Notes under the pieces: model-generated
The model's database searches: none
What the model was told of the DNA's origin: nothing
Seen by the model: the letters and a program-made list of their open reading frames with translations, nothing else
Shown: positions 34,092 through 43,742 of the stretch, one piece after another
How positions within the stretch are numbered: position 1 is the first letter of the stretch
Layout of the letters: each line of letters starts with the position of its first letter
Program-made: the position numbers and the translations under genes
From: Nitrosopumilus sp.
Lineage (GTDB): Archaea; Thermoproteota; Nitrososphaeria; Nitrososphaerales; Nitrosopumilaceae
Direction: 5' to 3'
Assembly: GCA_965238275.1 (NCBI GenBank)
Contig: OZ250186.1
Location: forward strand, 1,632,001 to 1,696,000
Length of the DNA: 64,000 bases

Positions 34092-35987
34092 ATGATGACC
34101 AATTCAGGACGCGGCGGCCTGAGGGAAAGGGCCGAATCCGACTTTGTATCCTTCTGGGACGACCAGGCAAGGCGCCTGTCGTGGTTTGCCCCGTGGAACA
34201 AAACACTTGACTGGCAGCCCCCGTTTGCCCGGTGGTTTGTAGGGGGGAAGATCAACGCATCACACAACACGCTGGATGTACACCAGAAGGACAGGCCAGA
34301 CAAGCCTGCAATCCTCTGGGAGGGCGAGGACGGCCGGTCGCGGACCATCTCGTACCACAACCTGTTCATTCTGGTAAAAAAATTCTCAAACGCCCTCAAG
34401 TCCCTTGGAGTCAGAAAAGGGGACCGCGTAACACTGTACCTTCCAATGGTGCCTGAGACCGTGGTTGCGATGCTGGCATGTGCAAGAATCGGCGCCGTCC
34501 ACAACGTGATATTCTCCGGATTCAGCGCAGCCTCTGTCCGAAGCAGGATTGAGGACTGCGGCTCCAAGGTTGTAATCACTGCAGACGGGGGGTTTAGGAG
34601 GGGGGACGTGATCAGACTCAAGGATATAATCGACGAGGCAGTAGCCGGCCTTGACTCTGTAGAGCATGTAATAGTGCTTGAGCGGGCAAAAAACACGATA
34701 ACGCCGGCACCCCGGGACGTATTCTGGCATGACCTGATGGATAGCGCATCTGACGCGTGCGATGCGGCGTGGCTTGACAGTGCCCACCCGCTCTACATCC
34801 TGTACACCTCCGGAACCACCGGAAAGCCCAAGGGGGTGCTTCATGGAACCGGGGGATACCTTACACACATCCATTCCACATTCGGATGGGCCTTTGGCAT
34901 CCGGGACTCTGACGTCTTTTTTTGCACTGCCGACATAGGCTGGGTTACCGGCCACAGCTATGTGGTGTATGCGCCCCTGCTTCACGGGGCCACGATAGTG
35001 TTGTACGAGGGCGCCCCGGACTACCCCGACGTCTCTCGGATGTGGAACATCATTCAAAGGTACGGCGTCACGATATTTTATACTGCCCCCACGGCGCTCA
35101 GGATGTTCATGCGGTTTGGCAACGGCATCCCGGATTCGTTTGATCTCTCGTCGCTGAGGCTGCTTGGGACCGTAGGCGAGCCCATCAACCCCGAGGTATG
35201 GACGTGGTACCATTCCGTGATTGGAAAGGGCAGGTGCCCTGTCATTGATACCTGGTGGCAGACTGAGACCGGGGGCATGATGATCTCGGCGCTGCCGGGA
35301 CTGGAGACGATTCCGCTCAAGCCCGGCTCCGGGACGTTTCCCATCCCGGGCGTGGACATTGACGTGGTGGATGGGGACGGCGCGTCCCTTCCCCCCGACA
35401 CCAAGGGACACCTTGTCATTAGAAATCCGTGGCCGGGGATGCTCCTTACCCTGTGGAACAATGACGAAAAGTACCGCGAGTCGTACTGGTCAAGGTATCC
35501 CGGATGCTACTACTCTGGCGACTATGCGCTGAGGGATGCTGACGGATACCTTTGGCTGCTTGGAAGGGCAGACGACGTGCTCAATGTCGCAGGGCACAGG
35601 ATTGGAACCGCAGAGCTTGAGAGCTGCCTGGTATCCCACGACGAGGTTGCAGAGTCTGCCGTGTGCGGCGTGCCAGACGAGATACGGGGCGAGGCGATCC
35701 TCGCATTTGTAGTGCTCACTGCCAGCTCCGCTGCGGGCCATGACGAGCTGCGAAAGGCCCTTGCCGGCAGGGTGCGCGACGAGATCAGCGCCATTGCAGT
35801 TCCCGGCAGGATTCATTTTGTCTCAAAGCTTCCCAAGACGCGCAGCGGCAAGATCATGAGGCGGCTGATCAAGGCCATTGCATGCAGCGGCAGCCCGACA
35901 GGCGATCTCAGCACGCTTGAGGATTACACTGCCGTAGCCGAGATGCAGGATGCCATCAGGGGTCCGAGCCCTGATAATTCCGGATAG
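34092..35987 (+). CDS. acs: Acetate--CoA ligase
   Basis: YTSGTTGKPKG, DTWWQTETG, PKTRSGKIMRR. Confidence 0.92.
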   Translation: MMTNSGRGGLRERAESDFVSFWDDQARRLSWFAPWNKTLDWQPPFARWFVGGKINASHNTLDVHQKDRPDKPAILWEGEDGRSRTISYHNLFILVKKFSNALKSLGVRKGDRVTLYLPMVPETVVAMLACARIGAVHNVIFSGFSAASVRSRIEDCGSKVVITADGGFRRGDVIRLKDIIDEAVAGLDSVEHVIVLERAKNTITPAPRDVFWHDLMDSASDACDAAWLDSAHPLYILYTSGTTGKPKGVLHGTGGYLTHIHSTFGWAFGIRDSDVFFCTADIGWVTGHSYVVYAPLLHGATIVLYEGAPDYPDVSRMWNIIQRYGVTIFYTAPTALRMFMRFGNGIPDSFDLSSLRLLGTVGEPINPEVWTWYHSVIGKGRCPVIDTWWQTETGGMMISALPGLETIPLKPGSGTFPIPGVDIDVVDGDGASLPPDTKGHLVIRNPWPGMLLTLWNNDEKYRESYWSRYPGCYYSGDYALRDADGYLWLLGRADDVLNVAGHRIGTAELESCLVSHDEVAESAVCGVPDEIRGEAILAFVVLTASSAAGHDELRKALAGRVRDEISAIAVPGRIHFVSKLPKTRSGKIMRRLIKAIACSGSPTGDLSTLEDYTAVAEMQDAIRGPSPDNSG

Positions 35988-36026
35988 ATGCCGCACTGCA
36001 CGTACGGCTGCCGGATCCCCTGGTTA

Positions 36027-36560
36027 CTACTCCAGTCCGCCCAGGTCCAGGGACAAAAGCATGTCAAACATCTCCCTGAGCCCGTCATACTCTGACCTTG
36101 AGACATCATCAAACTTGTCATACTGCTCCTGCCGTATCTCATCAAGCCTGCAGCTTGCGTCGGTGAAGAACTTTTCATACCCTGCGATATCCTCCCGGGT
36201 CATCTGGGTCATGTCAAAGATTACCGTGTTGCTGCCAAGAAGTTCTGCATTCTCGTCATACAGGCTGGTTGCCTGCAGCAGTCCTGGAAACGTGCTCTTG
36301 TCGTGCCTCTGGAACGTGATCCTGATGTCCGTGACTGCCCCCGTCTCAAACCACGTCTTCAGGGAGTCGTTCATGGCATGCCATGAATCCTTTGGCACGT
36401 GCTCAAATATCGTCTTGCCAAGGATCTCTGACTTGGCGTATCCAAGATTTGCAGCATACGTGGAGTTGCAGTCAAGGATTATTCCTATCGAGTTGATCCT
36501 TCTCCACATTATCGGGGCATCCCTGAGAGTTCTCCTGGCCTCGGTCTGGTGCATTTCCAC
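36027..36560 (-). CDS. PAS-domain protein
   Basis: G.ILDCN..YA..LGY.K.EILGK PAS pattern plus PAC-like segment. Confidence 0.8.
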   Translation of the reverse strand: MEMHQTEARRTLRDAPIMWRRINSIGIILDCNSTYAANLGYAKSEILGKTIFEHVPKDSWHAMNDSLKTWFETGAVTDIRITFQRHDKSTFPGLLQATSLYDENAELLGSNTVIFDMTQMTREDIAGYEKFFTDASCRLDEIRQEQYDKFDDVSRSEYDGLREMFDMLLSLDLGGLE

Positions 36561-36820
36561 ATGATCGTTTCGTCTGGTTCTTAATAATAATACTTGAAAG
36601 CATGCAGTCGTCGTTGTCGTCGTCGTGCCTGCCCGGATGCTGCCCTTGGACGGGTACCCGCAGTCGACGTCTCATCGTAGGGCAAGAAACGATCTGATGT
36701 GGGCGAATCCGTACTCTCAGAACAGAATATCTGCCGTGTCGCGTACCGGTTTGTGATTGCCATGGGATGTGGTTTCCTGCTTGGTTTTTGCGATGGTCCC
36801 CGGGGAGCCGCATGCGCATG

Positions 36821-37378
36821 CTATCGTTGATCAGATCTTCTTTTTCTCCAAACGACAACCCCCGCAATTATTGCCGGTACAGCTACAGACATGGTCAGTG
36901 AGGAAAGGCCGTATTGGCTAAAGAAATTATAGTCTTGCCTGTAGTGCTGTATTTGACCGTGCTCGTCCTCATGCGAATATTCATCAAAACCTGAAATCTG
37001 TTTTGTACTGCATATGCCGGTCTCGCCTGTGAACTGATTTCCACCGTACGTAAAGACCTGATACGTTTCCCCTACTTTGTAGTCAACACTACAGCTGCTG
37101 TATCGGCTACTGCCTTCACCGTAACGGATTATGCTAGAGTCCTCAAAAATATGGTCTCCATAGGGATAACTTCCTTTTTGTACCTGATGAATGTCAAAAA
37201 CAACTTTTCGTGGGCCGTCGCCTGCTGGGATGTCTTTCACCGTTGCCTGAAATGCCCCATCAGACCCTATCCAGGTCATTAGAAAGTCCGGATGCGCCGA
37301 ACAGGAACAGGCAAAGGAATCTTGAATCTGCAAGACTGCAAGAACTATCAGCAATGCGGCCAGAACCACCAGTCTCAT
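36821..37378 (-). CDS. Secreted, membrane-anchored TIMP/NTR-like protein
   Basis: Signal peptide ending SFA, then CSC; SSC...KVGETY.VF; CS.TK; C-terminal TM plus WRKRR. Confidence 0.6.
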   Translation of the reverse strand: MRLVVLAALLIVLAVLQIQDSFACSCSAHPDFLMTWIGSDGAFQATVKDIPAGDGPRKVVFDIHQVQKGSYPYGDHIFEDSSIIRYGEGSSRYSSCSVDYKVGETYQVFTYGGNQFTGETGICSTKQISGFDEYSHEDEHGQIQHYRQDYNFFSQYGLSSLTMSVAVPAIIAGVVVWRKRRSDQR

Positions 37379-37849
37379 CTTCTATCTCCCCAACACGCTT
37401 GAAGCTGTCCCACGGATAACGGCATGTCCGTGCTGTACATCAAGGGACCTTGCCCAAAAATTCTCTGAATTGCCACCGATCCAGTCTGCCGCATGGGGTT
37501 AAAAACTGATTACGTGAGCATGCTGCCAAATGACTTGTAAGGCGCATAGAAAAAAGCAGACAAGCCAAAGGGCAACAGCACCGGCAAGCTAAAGTTTGCC
37601 ATTGGTGGGGATGGCATAATCGAACATGTACCGGATGGGTAAATTTTCTTGAGAGGATCTTGGATTTACGCCATCAACCGTTCCTGCAGGAGAACCCGGT
37701 CGCCTGCAGGCATCTCTCTGGCATGTTTGCCACCACCCGCGCTGCCACCCCCCCAAAGTCCTGTTTCCCTGCCAGACACATTATTTCGTAGGTCCGTCAC
37801 TGCACCAACAATAATTTACCCTTGCATGAAAGGCCGGCAACCTTTTCCC

Positions 37850-38869
37850 TCAGAACCACTGATCCAGATTCTGGCTTCTCTTCTCGACTGACCTGCGCAG
37901 CCTGTTCAGCGTCGAGCGGACCCTCTCCTCTGAAAAGCTCCTCCCTGCAAGATAGTCCGTTATGCCCTCATAGTCCACCTGGCCAAACGTTATCTGGCCA
38001 ACGTCAGTCACGTCGGGATTCAGGAAGATCTTGCGTATCTGCTCAAAGTCGATCTCCTGCAGCTGCTCCTGAATCTGCGGAATGTCCTCCAGCCTTGAAT
38101 GCTGCCTTATCATCTTTAATGCCGTCTTTGGGCCTATCCTCTCAAACCCCTTTGGGTTAAAGTCGGTTCCAATCAGGATGCCCACATCCACCAGCTGCCC
38201 CCTTTCCAGTCCCAGGGAGTCCAGGGTCTTTTGCGTCTCGATGATCTCCGGCACCACATCCACGTATGCGTTCCTGTTGGGAATCTTCCTCCTTCCGCTG
38301 TTTGTAAAGTTTCTTACCAGTTTTTTTGCACCGCACAGGATGGAATCAAAGTCCTGGCTTGCGCAGGCGTATGCCTGCCCCGTGTTTGTCAGGTGTGCCG
38401 CAGTCGCCTCGCCCTCTGATGCGGCCTCCACGTATGGAATTCCAAACAGTTTCAGGATGTGCTTCGAGTCCCTGACCATTCCGTCCTTCATGGCAGTGGT
38501 CTGCTGCGCGTATTTTCTTGCATCCTCCATCTTTCCCTCCCTGACTGCCTTTTCGTACTTTACGGTGGCGTCCTTTTTGATCTGCTTCCTCCTTTCAATC
38601 TCTGCGGCCTTGAGGGACGGAGGCTTTCCGTCAAAGATGTAGACCGGCCTTATCCCGAGGGATAGAAAGTTGACGTTCCTGTAGAGCAGCCCGCTCAGGT
38701 GGCTGGTCACCCTTCCCTCAGAATCGGACAACTGCTGCCCGTCCGGCCCCCTGATGCTTGCCAGAAACTGGTAAATGGCATTGTATGCGTCAATGGCAAC
38801 CACCTTGGCAGAAAACGCACCAAGGCTGGTCTTCTCCCTTTCCACTAGTTCCTTCAGGTTCAGTCCCAT
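37850..38869 (-). CDS. fen: Flap endonuclease-1
   Basis: [39 protein letters not shown] box QNLDQWF. Confidence 0.97.
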   Translation of the reverse strand: MGLNLKELVEREKTSLGAFSAKVVAIDAYNAIYQFLASIRGPDGQQLSDSEGRVTSHLSGLLYRNVNFLSLGIRPVYIFDGKPPSLKAAEIERRKQIKKDATVKYEKAVREGKMEDARKYAQQTTAMKDGMVRDSKHILKLFGIPYVEAASEGEATAAHLTNTGQAYACASQDFDSILCGAKKLVRNFTNSGRRKIPNRNAYVDVVPEIIETQKTLDSLGLERGQLVDVGILIGTDFNPKGFERIGPKTALKMIRQHSRLEDIPQIQEQLQEIDFEQIRKIFLNPDVTDVGQITFGQVDYEGITDYLAGRSFSEERVRSTLNRLRRSVEKRSQNLDQWF

Positions 38870-39042
38870 GACAACATATCCTGAAACGGTGTGTTATTTT
38901 GTGTTTGTCCTTTGCCCCGGACATCACCCCCCGGCGTCCGTCCCTGCATGCCCCCCTGCTGTCTGGCTGTAGCCGGTGCGGGGACCTGTCCGGGAACCGA
39001 TCCGGGAACCGGTTTTAATATGGATGAGTCCCCGTAGGTGAC

Positions 39043-39312
39043 ATGAAGAGGCCCCCGCTCAGGCCATACCTAGAGGATCGGATATTCGAGATCAGACGTA
39101 CTGACGGCATGGTATCCCAAATAACATCCTACTTTCCGCTTGGCGAATCCGAGATGCGGGAGATCTTTTTGGCCACCGGTGGTACCAAACCCGAGATACG
39201 CTCCATATTCGCCGATGAGATCAGCGACTAGGAGTGGGAGCGCACCCGGACGCAGATCAAAAAAAGGTTCAACGACGAGCTGATTGGCATTGGGCAGAAG
39301 GATCTAATCTGA
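39043..39312 (+). pseudogene. Small hypothetical gene with internal TAG at 39229-39231
   Basis: Frame continues EWERTRTQIKKRFNDELIGIGQKDLI* after the amber codon. Confidence 0.55.
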
Positions 39313-39341
39313 TTTATTTTGGGGTGCGTTTTAGCCTAATT

Positions 39342-39426
39342 GCCGGGATAGCCAAGCGGTAAGGCGGCCGTCTCGAAAACGGCTATGCGAAAGCATGCAG
39401 GGGTTCGAATCCCTTTCCCGGCGCCA
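39342..39426 (+). tRNA. tRNA-Ser (CGA), long variable arm, CCA encoded
   Basis: GCCGGGA/TCCCGGC acceptor stem, GCCGT-CTCGAAA-ACGGC anticodon arm, GGTTCGAATCC T-arm. Confidence 0.95.
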
Positions 39427-39680
39427 TCACAAAATCACCCTCATGGAATGTAAAAGCAGTGGTTTCCGTATATCATGTGACAGTTGGTAAACAGTAGGTA
39501 GAACGTCATGATTGACAGCGGCCCGAATATTAGAAACAGCGTGCGGTGGCTCATCCTGTTCAGCCACCCAAATACCCCCATGATTCCTGTACCCTCAGCG
39601 CACAATAATAGTTTGATATTTCAGAACCGCGCCGCTTGGCATCCAATGCCCCAGAATGCCCTCAAAATCTTTAAAGTCGC

Positions 39681-39884
39681 ATGACTGCAAGACCTGCCAT
39701 GACTGGAGAGACTGAATCCCGCATACTGGCATCGGGAATTCCCCTGGACAGGCTGATCCTTCACTTTCGGGAAAGGTGCAGGGTGTGCGGGCATCACCGG
39801 ATAATGCACGACGAGGCTGGCTGCTGCGAGGGTGTGATGAACAAGCCGTGTAACTCCGGATGCGACGGCTTTGAGGCAGAATGA
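39681..39884 (+). CDS. Small Cys/His-rich putative zinc-binding protein
   Basis: CRVCGHH..H....CC......C..GC..F. Confidence 0.6.
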   Translation: MTARPAMTGETESRILASGIPLDRLILHFRERCRVCGHHRIMHDEAGCCEGVMNKPCNSGCDGFEAE

Positions 39885-39893
39885 GCACGCCTC

Positions 39894-41141
39894 GGCGTGT
39901 CCACATCTTCCTCAAAAAAGTAACGTTACGCTTAAAGATCATTAGCGTCAGACACCAGAAAAGTTTTGGATCACCGATCCCGCTCACAATTAATGAATTC
40001 CAATAGAAAAAAGAGGAAGGCAAAGAACAGAGCCAAGGAAGACAAAGACAAGGAAAACAAGGAGAAATGGGTGCGGCCGAAAGGCTACAGCAAAGAATAC
40101 GAGGTGAGAAGGAGTGGAGAGGGGAAACGAGTATCAATCAGAATCCGATCCCTTGCCACCACCCTGTACGAGATCTTCAAACCAAAATCTGATAAGGACC
40201 GGCGTGAGATCTCCTACTTGATCTGCCTCATGGACAAGGAGTTTCGCGGCAACTCATACCGGGAACACGTCTCGTACCTAGAGGCAAACCCAGGTTCACT
40301 GCACGTATGCGGCTTAAAAGCTGTTCCGTCCAAATCGTGCCTGCATGCGGCAGCCAAGAGGTTGGCAGAAAAGCAGGAGGTTCTGGCAGAGACGATCCTA
40401 AGACAGGCAGGCAGTGATGCACACGGTCCTCTCCTCGGGGACGCAACCGGATTCTCAATCAACGTCTACGCCGACTGGGAGGATGCCAAGAAGGGCATCG
40501 TGTCCAGGCGTCAGTTCGTCAAGCTGCATATACTGGTGGCCCCCCATGGAAAGATCGTCGCATGCATGGTGACGCCCGGACGCACCCACGACTCGCCGAT
40601 ATTCCGAAAGATGATTGCCCGCGTGCCAGACGGTGACGGGCACGTCATGCTGGATTCGGCATATGACGCACGCGCCAACTGCAAGATGATCTACGACAGC
40701 GGCAGGAAGCCGGTGATATGGCCCCGCAAGAACCACACCGCAAAGGGTTTCAACCCCCGGGCAGAGATGCTCCGCTGGTTCAGGCGGGATCAGGACGGAT
40801 TCGAGAAGGTGTATCACCAACGCAGCCCTGTCGAGTCGGTGTTTTCATCCATGAAGGAAAGGTTCGGCTCCGTAGTGGCCGCAAAGACGCTCCCCATGCA
40901 GAGGCTCCAGGTAATTCTGCGAAACATCTGTTACAATCTGGTAGCATAGGGCTCCTGTAGGGGCAGAATGCCGGTTTCCGGTTCCAGCAGATGCTATACA
41001 CCACATGATGAAAACGGCTCAAAAGCGACTAATAGTAAACCTGTCAACACCAAAACTCCCTTCGGAGTCCAGATTTGGGGTGCCAAAATAAACCAAAAAT
41101 AGTGTGAAATAGAGCGGGATTATCAAAATGTGGACAACGCC
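39894..41141 (+). mobile_element. IS5/IS4-superfamily element with 13-14-bp IRs and 10-bp TSD AGCACGCCTC
   Basis: GGCGTGTCCACAT ... ATGTGGACAACGCC; TSD at 39884-39893 and 41142-41151. Confidence 0.9.
39993..40949 (+). CDS. DDE transposase
   Basis: DATGF, KLH, HDSP, DSAYD, YHQRS.VES.FS. Confidence 0.9.
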   Translation: MNSNRKKRKAKNRAKEDKDKENKEKWVRPKGYSKEYEVRRSGEGKRVSIRIRSLATTLYEIFKPKSDKDRREISYLICLMDKEFRGNSYREHVSYLEANPGSLHVCGLKAVPSKSCLHAAAKRLAEKQEVLAETILRQAGSDAHGPLLGDATGFSINVYADWEDAKKGIVSRRQFVKLHILVAPHGKIVACMVTPGRTHDSPIFRKMIARVPDGDGHVMLDSAYDARANCKMIYDSGRKPVIWPRKNHTAKGFNPRAEMLRWFRRDQDGFEKVYHQRSPVESVFSSMKERFGSVVAAKTLPMQRLQVILRNICYNLVA

Positions 41142-41183
41142 AGCACGCCTCCAATCCTTTAATAGGTCACGCCATACCTGTGT

Positions 41184-41834
41184 ATGTTGAGTCCGGATGA
41201 TGCCCAAGAGAGAATCTATCCGCTCGGTTACGAGCCAAAGGACATTCCCGACACGCATGATCAGGACACCCGGAACAAGCTTCTCAACTTCATTCTTGCA
41301 TCCAACACCTCTGAGGTTGTAGATACTGATCTATTTGCGGTAATGGCAAAGAGGCGCTCCACAAGACGGTTTCTTGACAGGCCGGTTGATGCAACCAAGG
41401 TAGACAAGATCATCGCGGCTGCAGACACGGCCCCTACTGCGGGAAACTATCAGGGGTTTGAGATATTCTATGTCCGGAATCCCGAAAAGAAGACGCGCCT
41501 GGTGGAGGCATGCAACAACCAGCCATACGTCAATGCGCCGGTGGTCCTTGCCTTTTGCAAGAATCCCTCCAGGGTGAGGTTTGACTTTTCTGAGTACATC
41601 CTTAAGAAATTTGCAATCCAGGATGCCACCCTGGCGGCAGGCTACTCGCAGCTTGCAGCACAGGCACTGGGGCTGAGTTCCATCTGGATAGGCATGTTTG
41701 ACGAGAAGAAGGTGATGGCCGTGCTGGAGACTGATCTTGTTCCGTCATCGATCCTGTGCATCGGATACCCCAAGCAGACAAAGTTCCCAAAATCCCGACG
41801 AAACCTAAAGGATCTGGTCCACGTCGCCTGGTGA
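41184..41834 (+). CDS. Nitroreductase-family protein
   Basis: RRSTRRF, APTAGN.Q, LGLSSIWIG, IGYP. Confidence 0.9.
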   Translation: MLSPDDAQERIYPLGYEPKDIPDTHDQDTRNKLLNFILASNTSEVVDTDLFAVMAKRRSTRRFLDRPVDATKVDKIIAAADTAPTAGNYQGFEIFYVRNPEKKTRLVEACNNQPYVNAPVVLAFCKNPSRVRFDFSEYILKKFAIQDATLAAGYSQLAAQALGLSSIWIGMFDEKKVMAVLETDLVPSSILCIGYPKQTKFPKSRRNLKDLVHVAW

Positions 41835-41891
41835 TCCTGCTGACCCGCCAAATCGCCCATCTTTAAATAATCATGGCTTCTTGTGTAGCTT

Positions 41892-42131
41892 ATGACTACT
41901 GCGTATGTCCTGCTGAACTGTGATCTGGGGGCAGAGTCTGAGATCATCGAGGCACTGCATGGGATAGAGCAGACAGTGGACGTCTTTGAGACAATCGGGA
42001 CACATGACGTGGTGGTAAAGATTCAGGCAGAAAATTTTGAGAAGATCAGGGAGGTCGTATCCTGGAACATTCAGAAGATAAAAAAGATCCGCTCCACTGT
42101 CACCCTGATAAAAAAAGAGACCGCCGCCTAA
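41892..42131 (+). CDS. Lrp/AsnC ligand-binding domain protein
   Basis: AYVLLNC..G.E..I...L, G.HD.VVKI, ST.TLI; TTTAAATA box ~25 bp upstream. Confidence 0.85.
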   Translation: MTTAYVLLNCDLGAESEIIEALHGIEQTVDVFETIGTHDVVVKIQAENFEKIREVVSWNIQKIKKIRSTVTLIKKETAA

Positions 42132-42183
42132 ATTCATGCAGATCCCCACAACCCCTAATAACACGCGTACCAGACGTGATGGC

Positions 42184-42684
42184 ATGACTACGGTATACCT
42201 TGCAAGCCCGTACGGCTTTACCTCTGCAGGCGTGGAGTATCTGGCAAAGATCGTCCCGTTCCTGCAGGAACGGAACGTGACGGTGCTGGACCCGTGGAGA
42301 AACCTGCCCGGGATTGCACAGAAGATCAAAGACATTCAAGGGCTTCCTCTGGAGTCCCAAAACCGACACCTCGGGCGCCTCAACGACTCCGTGGCAGATC
42401 AGAACACCCGGGACATAGACCGGTCCGACGTGGTCGTGGCCGTGCTTGACGGTACGGATGTCGACAGCGGGGTTGCAGCAGAGATAGGATACGCGTTTGC
42501 ACAAAAAAAGAGGATCTACGGGTACAGGAGCGACTTTAGGCTTGCAGGGGACAATTCTGCCGCACTGGTAAACCTGCAGGTGGAGTACTTCATAAACAGG
42601 TCCGGTGGCGCGATATTTGATCTGTTGGAGAACCTTGGAGAAGCACTGTCCGAAGAATTCGGCCACCAGCCGGCGGCCTCATAG
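42184..42684 (+). CDS. Nucleoside 2-deoxyribosyltransferase family
   Basis: VYLASP.GF, LDPW, D.DSGVAAEIGYA. Confidence 0.85.
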   Translation: MTTVYLASPYGFTSAGVEYLAKIVPFLQERNVTVLDPWRNLPGIAQKIKDIQGLPLESQNRHLGRLNDSVADQNTRDIDRSDVVVAVLDGTDVDSGVAAEIGYAFAQKKRIYGYRSDFRLAGDNSAALVNLQVEYFINRSGGAIFDLLENLGEALSEEFGHQPAAS

Positions 42685-42691
42685 TCTTTGA

Positions 42692-43090
42692 TCACTTGGG
42701 ATCGTCTGGGTTCTCTCTTCTGCCAGGCCCCACCATGTCCTCCGGCCGTACCCTGCTGTCCCAGTCTCCCCTCACCCCCTTGACAAGTGCGATCACCCCG
42801 GCGCCGATAATCCCAATCACCATGGACACAAACAGCACCTCGTTTCGAATCTTGTCTGCGCAGTCGACCTCCTGGGGCGGAATCTCCGTTCGAACCTCCT
42901 CCCATGGCGGCCACAGCGCATCCTCGCGAGGAGCCTGCACATACGTACCCTCGGATGCGTACTCGTAGCATGTCCCAAATTCGCTTGATTCCACAAACGC
43001 GCCGCTGTACTGGTCTCCGAGGACACCCAGCACCACAAACCCTGCAAAGATCAGTGCGATACCCATCAGAATGAACCGCATGTCACTCAT
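42692..43090 (-). CDS. Two-TM hypothetical membrane protein
   Basis: Two hydrophobic helices; KG..GDWD..V.PEDMVGPG tail. Confidence 0.7.
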   Translation of the reverse strand: MSDMRFILMGIALIFAGFVVLGVLGDQYSGAFVESSEFGTCYEYASEGTYVQAPREDALWPPWEEVRTEIPPQEVDCADKIRNEVLFVSMVIGIIGAGVIALVKGVRGDWDSRVRPEDMVGPGRRENPDDPK

Positions 43091-43133
43091 GCCGGTTTTA
43101 GGCAGTCAGTCTATTTACGCCTTGGTTTCATCA

Positions 43134-43586
43134 TCATCCCTCAAGCAGCCTCTTCAGGTTGCCAAGGGACTTTTCATAGAACGCACCCATGGATTCAACA
43201 AACGCAAGAAACTCCGCCTCTGACATCCCTTGGCTGTTCATGTACGACTTCCATGCTATCCTTGTCTGCCCCGCTGATGCCGGACTGAGCGATATCGTGG
43301 CGACATAGACCCGCAGCGGCAGGCCGTCTGTTGCAGCATATGTAAAGTGCTCCCCGTTCTTCCAGTCAACAATGTGCTCCTCGACCTTGTCCCCGTTTGC
43401 AAACGTGAGGAGCCTGACTGCGCCGACGCCCCTCTTCCTTTTGGACAGGTACACCGCATCCTGCACGCCTTCAGCCCATGCAGGCAGTCCCACGATGTTG
43501 CCCAGCGCCCTCCACACCCTTTCTGCAGGCGCCCTGACCCTGACGGTCCTCTTCAGCGTTCCTGTGTGGGATGGTTCTGGCGGCAT
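43134..43586 (-). CDS. SRPBCC/polyketide cyclase-like protein
   Basis: V.APAERVW..L, GVGAVR, L..LK..LE. Confidence 0.85.
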   Translation of the reverse strand: MPPEPSHTGTLKRTVRVRAPAERVWRALGNIVGLPAWAEGVQDAVYLSKRKRGVGAVRLLTFANGDKVEEHIVDWKNGEHFTYAATDGLPLRVYVATISLSPASAGQTRIAWKSYMNSQGMSEAEFLAFVESMGAFYEKSLGNLKRLLEG

Positions 43587-43742
43587 GCTGACTTGCGCGT
43601 GGTGCCGGATTTAAAACTTGCACGGCAGGAACCATTCACGCCCACGCAGCCCGGGAGTCATCTCGCAGACTTTTCCCCATTCCGGCCAAAAAGCACCCAT
43701 AAAGTCCAACGATTTTTAATCCCCAAATACCAATGTACTGGG

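Noticed and set aside
39426-41151. tRNA-anchored integrated element
   Set aside because: No integrase or duplicated tRNA 3' end seen; only an IS nearby
43347-43742. Long 5' extension of the coiled-coil ORF
   Set aside because: Overlaps the SRPBCC gene antisense; TATA-like tract supports ATG 43743
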